Shown in pieces: positions 23,800 to 28,313 of a stretch of DNA of 28,313 nt. Numbering within the stretch: the stretch's first letter is position 1; each line of letters opens with the position of its first letter. Where the stretch lies: NCBI RefSeq assembly GCF_004010195.1, contig NC_057718.1:101792112-101820424 (forward strand), read 5' to 3'. The stretch is from Chiloscyllium plagiosum. Lineage: Eukaryota. The notes beneath the pieces were generated by a model. The model saw only the letters and a list, made by a program, of their open reading frames with translations. It made no database searches and was not told the origin of the DNA. The translations under genes were made by a program, and so were the position numbers.

Positions 23800-24150
23800 T
23801 AGAGTCATGGAGGTACACATGATCAAAAAAATGGCCCTTCAGTTCATCAAGTCTGCATCATTCAGAAACAACCACCTAACTATTCTAATTACATTTACCA
23901 GCACTTGGCACAGAGTGTTAGATGCCTTGGCATCACAAATGTACATACTTCATAAAAGTTATGAGGGCTTCAGTCTTTACCACCCTACAGGCAGTGAGTT
24001 CCAGATTCCCATCACACCGAGTGAAACTTTGTTTCCTTGCAGATCCCCTTTAAACCTCCTGTTTTCTTAAATCTATTCCCCAATCTTTGAACCCTCTACC
24101 AAAGGGAAAAATCTCTCTACCCTGTCTAAACCCCTCACATCTCAATCATG
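23800..24150 (-). mobile_element. Diverged CR1 LINE 3' fragment
   Basis: agagtcatggag...ggcccttcag...caggcagtgagttccagattcccatcacaccgagtgaaa is the reverse complement of the type at 3640-4029. Confidence 0.65.
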
Positions 24151-25074
24151 GCTATTAAATTCAAAATCACAACACACAAGGCAAGCACTAATTTCCTGGA
24201 ACCACAGTATTTCAATTAGCACAAGACAACAGCATAAGTTGTTTCTTTCAAAAGTGTGTGATATTTATTTCTGCACACAAACAGCCATCATACTAAACAC
24301 AACTTCCACAGACTTGAATTCACAGCTAATGTGTTTCAATCACATATATAGAAAGCAGGCACATTTTAACTAGGCAGTGCCCTTCTTACTGCATCTCAGA
24401 TCTAAATCTCACATTTAAATTTAACAATGATATATACATGTGCATTGCAATAGCTTCCACCACTTTGAATGTGAACTCTCTTGGTAATGCTGCATAAGTT
24501 CAGGAACAGCTATGTGACAACATTGAAGAAATGAATTGCCTCAATAATTTCAACTTTACCTGTCTCTAGTCAGCTGAGTATTCCTTGGTTGACAGGTTTA
24601 ATATGGCTCTCTCTCCACAACTCTTGCAGATACCCTTCGCTTTAGCAGTCTCTTTCCCTCATCTTATTTATAGCTCCATGCTCCATGCCTACAGGCGTCA
24701 GCTCCCCTCAACCTCCCTTTATATCCTCTCCAATAACCCTCTCCCCAACCTCATCCTTGCCTCAACCCTCTTGCAGCACATCTCTTTGGTGTCACCCTCT
24801 CTCTCCCTTCACCTCCCCCCCACCCCCACCCCCCAGCAGGCGGTCCTCCTGACACACTCCCTTTCCTGACAAAAAGCTCTATCTTTGACCATCTCAACAT
24901 CCCCACACCACCCTCCCCTCCACCTTTCGTTTCACTGCCATCACTTACTTTCCTCAGTGTTTGCTGCTTGTTCTAGTGCAGGCTATTTCTCTCAGGTTTG
25001 CTAATGATAGGCTAATTAGTGAGCCTATGAGCAGTATCTGATTGGAGGATTAGCTCTTCAACAAGTCTGTAAGG

Positions 25075-26257
25075 TAAAAACAAGGACTGCAGATGCTGGA
25101 AACCAGAGTCTAGATTAGAGTGGTGCTGGAAAACCACAGCAGGTCAGGCAGCATCCGAAAAGCAGGAAAATCGACGTTTCGGGCAAACGCCCTTCATCAG
25201 GAATCGAGGGAGGGTGGAGAGATAAATGAGAGAGGGGTGGGGAGAAAGTAGCATAGAGTACAATAGGTGAATGGGGGTGGGGATTGAGATGATAGGTCAG
25301 AGAGGAGGGTGAGGGAAGGTAGCAAAGAGTACAATGGGTGAATGGGAGTGGGAGAGAGGTGATAGGTCAGAGAGGAGGGTGGAGTGGATAGGTGGAAAGG
25401 AAGATAGGCAGGTAGGACAGGTCATGGGGATAGCGCTGAGCTGGAAGGTTGGAACAGGGCTGAGGTGCGGGGAGTGGAGAATGAGGAAACTGGTGAAGAA
25501 CACATTGATGCCCTGGGATTGAAGTGTTCCGAGGCGGAAGATGAGGCTTTCTTCCTCCAGGCGTCGGGTGATGAGGGAGTAGCGGTGGAGGAGGCCCAGG
25601 ATCTGCATGTCCTCGGCTGAATGGGAGGGGGAGTTGAAATGTTGGGCCACAGGGCGGTGGGGTTGTTTGGTGGGGTGCCCTGGAGGTGTTCCCTAAAGCG
25701 CTCCAATGTAGAGGAGACTGCATCGGGAGCAACGGATATAATAAATAATATTGGTGGATGTGCAGGTAAAACTTTGATGGACATGGAAGGCTCCTTTGGG
25801 GCCTTGGATAGAGATGAGGGAGGAGGTGTGGGCGCAGGTTTTACAAGTCCGGCGGTGGCAGGAAGGATGGGTGGGTTGTTGGGGGCGCAAGGACTTAACG
25901 AGGTAGTCACGGAGCGAACGGTCTTTGCGGAAGGCAGAAAGGGGTGGGGAGGGAAATATATCCCTGGTGGTGGGGTCCATTTGGAGGTGGCGGAAATGTC
26001 AGCGAATGATTTGGTTTATGCGAAGGTTGGTAGGATGGAAGGTGAGCACCAGGGGGGTTCTGTCCTTGTTACGATTGGAGGGGTGGGGTCTGAGGGCGGA
26101 ATGTTGACTAGATGCGTTGGAGAGCATCTTTAAGCACATGGGAAGGGAAATTGCGGTCTCTAAAGAAGGAGGCCATCTGGAACTGGTCCTCCTGAGAGCA
26201 GATATGGCGGAAGCGGAGGAATTAGGAATACGGGATGGCATTTTTGCAGGTGGTAGG
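25075..26257 (-). mobile_element. Penelope-like element 3' part (RT thumb, internally deleted GIY-YIG, pseudo-LTR)
   Basis: NKDRTPLVLTFHPTNLRINQII, FPSPPLSAFRKDRSLRDYLV, CKTC, FTCTSTNIIYYIRCSRCSLLYIG, AQHFNSPSHS...RRLEEESLIFRLGTLQSQGINV. Contains a ~70-bp tandem duplication at 25241-25380. Confidence 0.92.
25168..25205 (-). ncRNA. Minimal type I hammerhead ribozyme motif, core intact
   Basis: Minus strand GATTC-CTGATGA-A-GGGC-GTTT-GCCC-GAAA-CGTC-GATTT. Both core boxes present, perfect stem II, GUC cleavage triplet, loopless palindromic helix III (ACGT). Stem I has a U.U mismatch. Confidence 0.8.
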
Positions 26258-26500
26258 GTGGCCCAATATTTCAACTCCCCCTCCCACTCTGCCGAGGACA
26301 TGCAGGTTCTAGGCCTCCTCCACCGCCGCTCCCTCACCACCTGACGCCTGGAGGAAGAATGCCTCATCTTCCACCTCGGAACACTTCAACCCCAGGGCAT
26401 CAATGTGGACTTCCAGTTTCTTCATTTCTCCTTCCCCCACCTCACCCCAGTTCCAACCTTCCAGCTCAGCACCGACCCCATGACCTGTCCTACCTGCCTA
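26258..26500 (+). mobile_element. Inverted PLE pseudo-LTR fragment
   Basis: Diverged reverse complement of 25403-25650 (AQYFNSPSHSAEDMQVLGLLHRRSLTT), abutting the truncated 5' end of the minus-strand copy. Confidence 0.9.
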
Positions 26501-26502
26501 TC

Positions 26503-26538
26503 ATTCCTGAAGAAGGGCTTATGCCCGAAACATCGATT
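26503..26538 (+). ncRNA. Minimal hammerhead motif heading a ~130-bp cassette (26501-26632); helix III mutated
   Basis: ATTC-CTGAAGA-A-GGGC-TTAT-GCCC-GAAA-CATC-GATT. CGTC>CATC destroys the ACGT palindrome. Confidence 0.72.
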
Positions 26539-26753
26539 CTCCTGCTCCTCGGATGCTGCCTGTCCTGCTGTGTTTTTCCAGCACCACATTTTTCAACTCT
26601 GGTCTCCAGCATCTGCAGTCCTCACTTTCTCCTACCTGCCTTTCCATCTATCCACTCCGAGGAGAAAGTGAGGTCTGCAGATGCTGGAGATCAAAGTTGA
26701 AACTTTATTGCTGGAACAGCACAGCAGGTCAGGCAGCATCCAGGGAACAGGAG

Positions 26754-26789
26754 ATTCGACGTTTCGGGCACAGGCCCTTCTTCAGGAAT
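26754..26789 (-). ncRNA. Minimal type I hammerhead ribozyme motif, best-preserved copy, in cassette 26661-26791
   Basis: Minus strand ATTC-CTGAAGA-A-GGGC-CTGT-GCCC-GAAA-CGTC-GAAT. Perfect stem I (ATTC/GAAT) and stem II, intact core, GUC triplet, ACGT palindrome. Confidence 0.85.
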
Positions 26790-26791
26790 GA

Positions 26792-27837
26792 CCGTCGACC
26801 ACGTCGGGGGGGAAATTGCGGTCCTTGAAGAAGGAGGCCATCTGTGTTGTACGTATTTTGAACTGGTCCTCCTGGGAGCAGATGCGGCGGAGACGAAGGA
26901 ATTGGGAGAATGGGATGGCGTTTTTACAGGGGGCAGGATGGGAGGAGGTGTAGTCCAGGTAGCTGTGGGAGTCGGTTGGTTTGTAGTAGATGTCCGTGTT
27001 GATTCGGTCGCCTGAGATAGAAACAGAAAGGTCTAGGAAGGGGAGGGAGGAGTCCGAGACTCTCCAGGTGAATTTGAGGTCGGGGTGGAAGGTGTTAGTG
27101 TAGAGGATGAACTGTTCAAGCTCCTCGTGGGAGCACGAGGTAGCGCCGATACAGTCATCAATGTAGCGAAGGAAAAGATGGCGGGTGGGGCCAGTGTAGT
27201 TGCGGAAGATGGATTGTTCCACATACCCTACGAAGAGGCAGGCATAGCTGGGGCCCATGCGGGTGCCCATGGCTACTCCCTTTTTTTGAAAAAAGGGGGA
27301 GGATTGGAAAGAAAAGTTGTTCAGGGTGAGGACCAGTTCGGTCAGTCGAAGGAGGGTGTCGGTGGAAGGGTACTGGGTGGTACGGCGGGAAAGGAAGAAG
27401 CGGAGTGCTTTGAGTCCTTCGTGATGGGGAATGAAAGAAAAGTTGTTCAGGGTGAGGACCAGTTCGGTCAGTCGAAGGAGGGTGTCGGTGGAAGGGTACT
27501 GGGTGGTACGGCGGGAAAGGAAGAAGCGGAGTGCTTTGAGTCCTTCGTGATGGGGAATGAAAGAAAAGTTGTTCAGGGTGAGGACCAGTCCAGTCAGTCG
27601 AAGGAGGGTGTCGGTGGAAGGGTACTGGGTGGTACGGCGGGAAAGGAAGAAGCGGAGTGCTTTGAGTCCTTCGTGATGGGGGATGGAGGTGTACAGGGAC
27701 TGGATGTCCATGGTGAAGATGAGGCGTTGGGGACAGGGGAAGCGGAAATCCTGGAGGAGGTGGAGGGCGTGGGTGGTGTCACGAACGTAGGTGGGGAGTT
27801 CTTGGACTAATGGGGACAGGACCGTGTCGAGGTAGGA
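26792..27837 (-). mobile_element. Young, 5'-truncated PLE reverse transcriptase segment with an open frame
   Basis: ORF 26782..27864 has motif A IFTMDIQSLYTSIPH, motif B KGVAMGTRMGPSYACLFV, motif C FLRYIDDCI, LPFLDL and YYKPTDSHSYL. CpG-rich, no stops. Confidence 0.95.
27307..27684. repeat. Three near-perfect tandem copies of a 126-bp unit
   Basis: gaaagaaaagttgttcagggtgaggaccag starts at 27307, 27433 and 27559. Confidence 0.97.
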
Positions 27838-28313
27838 CCGTGTAGAGTGTGGTCTCAGCCCCACGTTCCTATCTGCAGTTCATTATCCTTAAGTCACTTT
27901 CCCGTCAAGTATTTAACTAACACACCTTTGAATAAATGCAAACACACAGGTACCACTAACACTGGGGAGGAGTGGGGAGGAGAAATTCCCACTCAAATGG
28001 CCTTTTGAGAATTTCTCCTGATCCCTGTTCCTACCGAGGTTAGAGAGTCATTGCTTCTTTTTCTATTCCCTCTCCTCCAGACGTCACGACAAATTGTCAG
28101 TGTAACTAAGTGTGTAATTTGGTAAATGTTATCCATCTCAGGTTCAGTGTTAGGACAGTCATGCAGGTTTCTTAAATTTGGTAAAATAACTAACCTAAAG
28201 CCAAAGCAAAGTTAGTCAAAATACGATGGATTCATAAATGACATAGAGTTTGAACATTGACAATATGTACATCAACATTTATTTTTCTATAAATTTGAGA
28301 CACAGAAATATGC

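Noticed and set aside
24553..24610. Minus-strand donor-like CAG|gtaaag as a possible extra KIF16B exon
   Set aside because: No frame resembles the expected upstream FHA exon (…MFRFNHPKEAAKLREKRK) and I found no convincing acceptor.
27307..27684. Repeat array superficially resembling CRISPR
   Set aside because: Head-to-tail 126-bp units with no unique spacers, inside a eukaryotic retroelement.
27085..27810. 241-aa plus-strand ORF with a threefold repeat
   Set aside because: Antisense shadow of the GC-rich PLE RT frame; no independent evidence.

Overview
Eukaryotic (vertebrate) genomic DNA, most likely an elasmobranch (shark or ray), judged from an HE1-type V-SINE, CR1-clade LINE 3' ends and abundant Penelope-like elements. 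The window is the interior of a minus-strand KIF16B (kinesin-3) gene. Six consecutive coding exons (23607-23695, 20664-20717, 16984-18387, 13808-13963, 8532-8643, 4848-4898) splice in frame with canonical AG/GT sites and encode the post-FHA segment, the coiled-coil stalk and the linker before the PX domain. The motor/FHA and PX exons lie outside the window. The introns contain CR1 and L2 LINE fragments, tRNA-derived SINEs, several Penelope-like element (PLE) copies and a 179-nt assembly gap. I see no wholly new gene system. The most interesting layer is a set of minimal hammerhead-ribozyme (HHR) motifs in PLE termini and ~130-bp HHR cassettes, two of them core-intact and in the sense of the KIF16B pre-mRNA. 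Also notable are an in-frame 126-bp triplication inside a PLE reverse transcriptase and a 48-nt in-frame duplication in the large KIF16B exon. Family assignments come from recalled motifs, not database searches.
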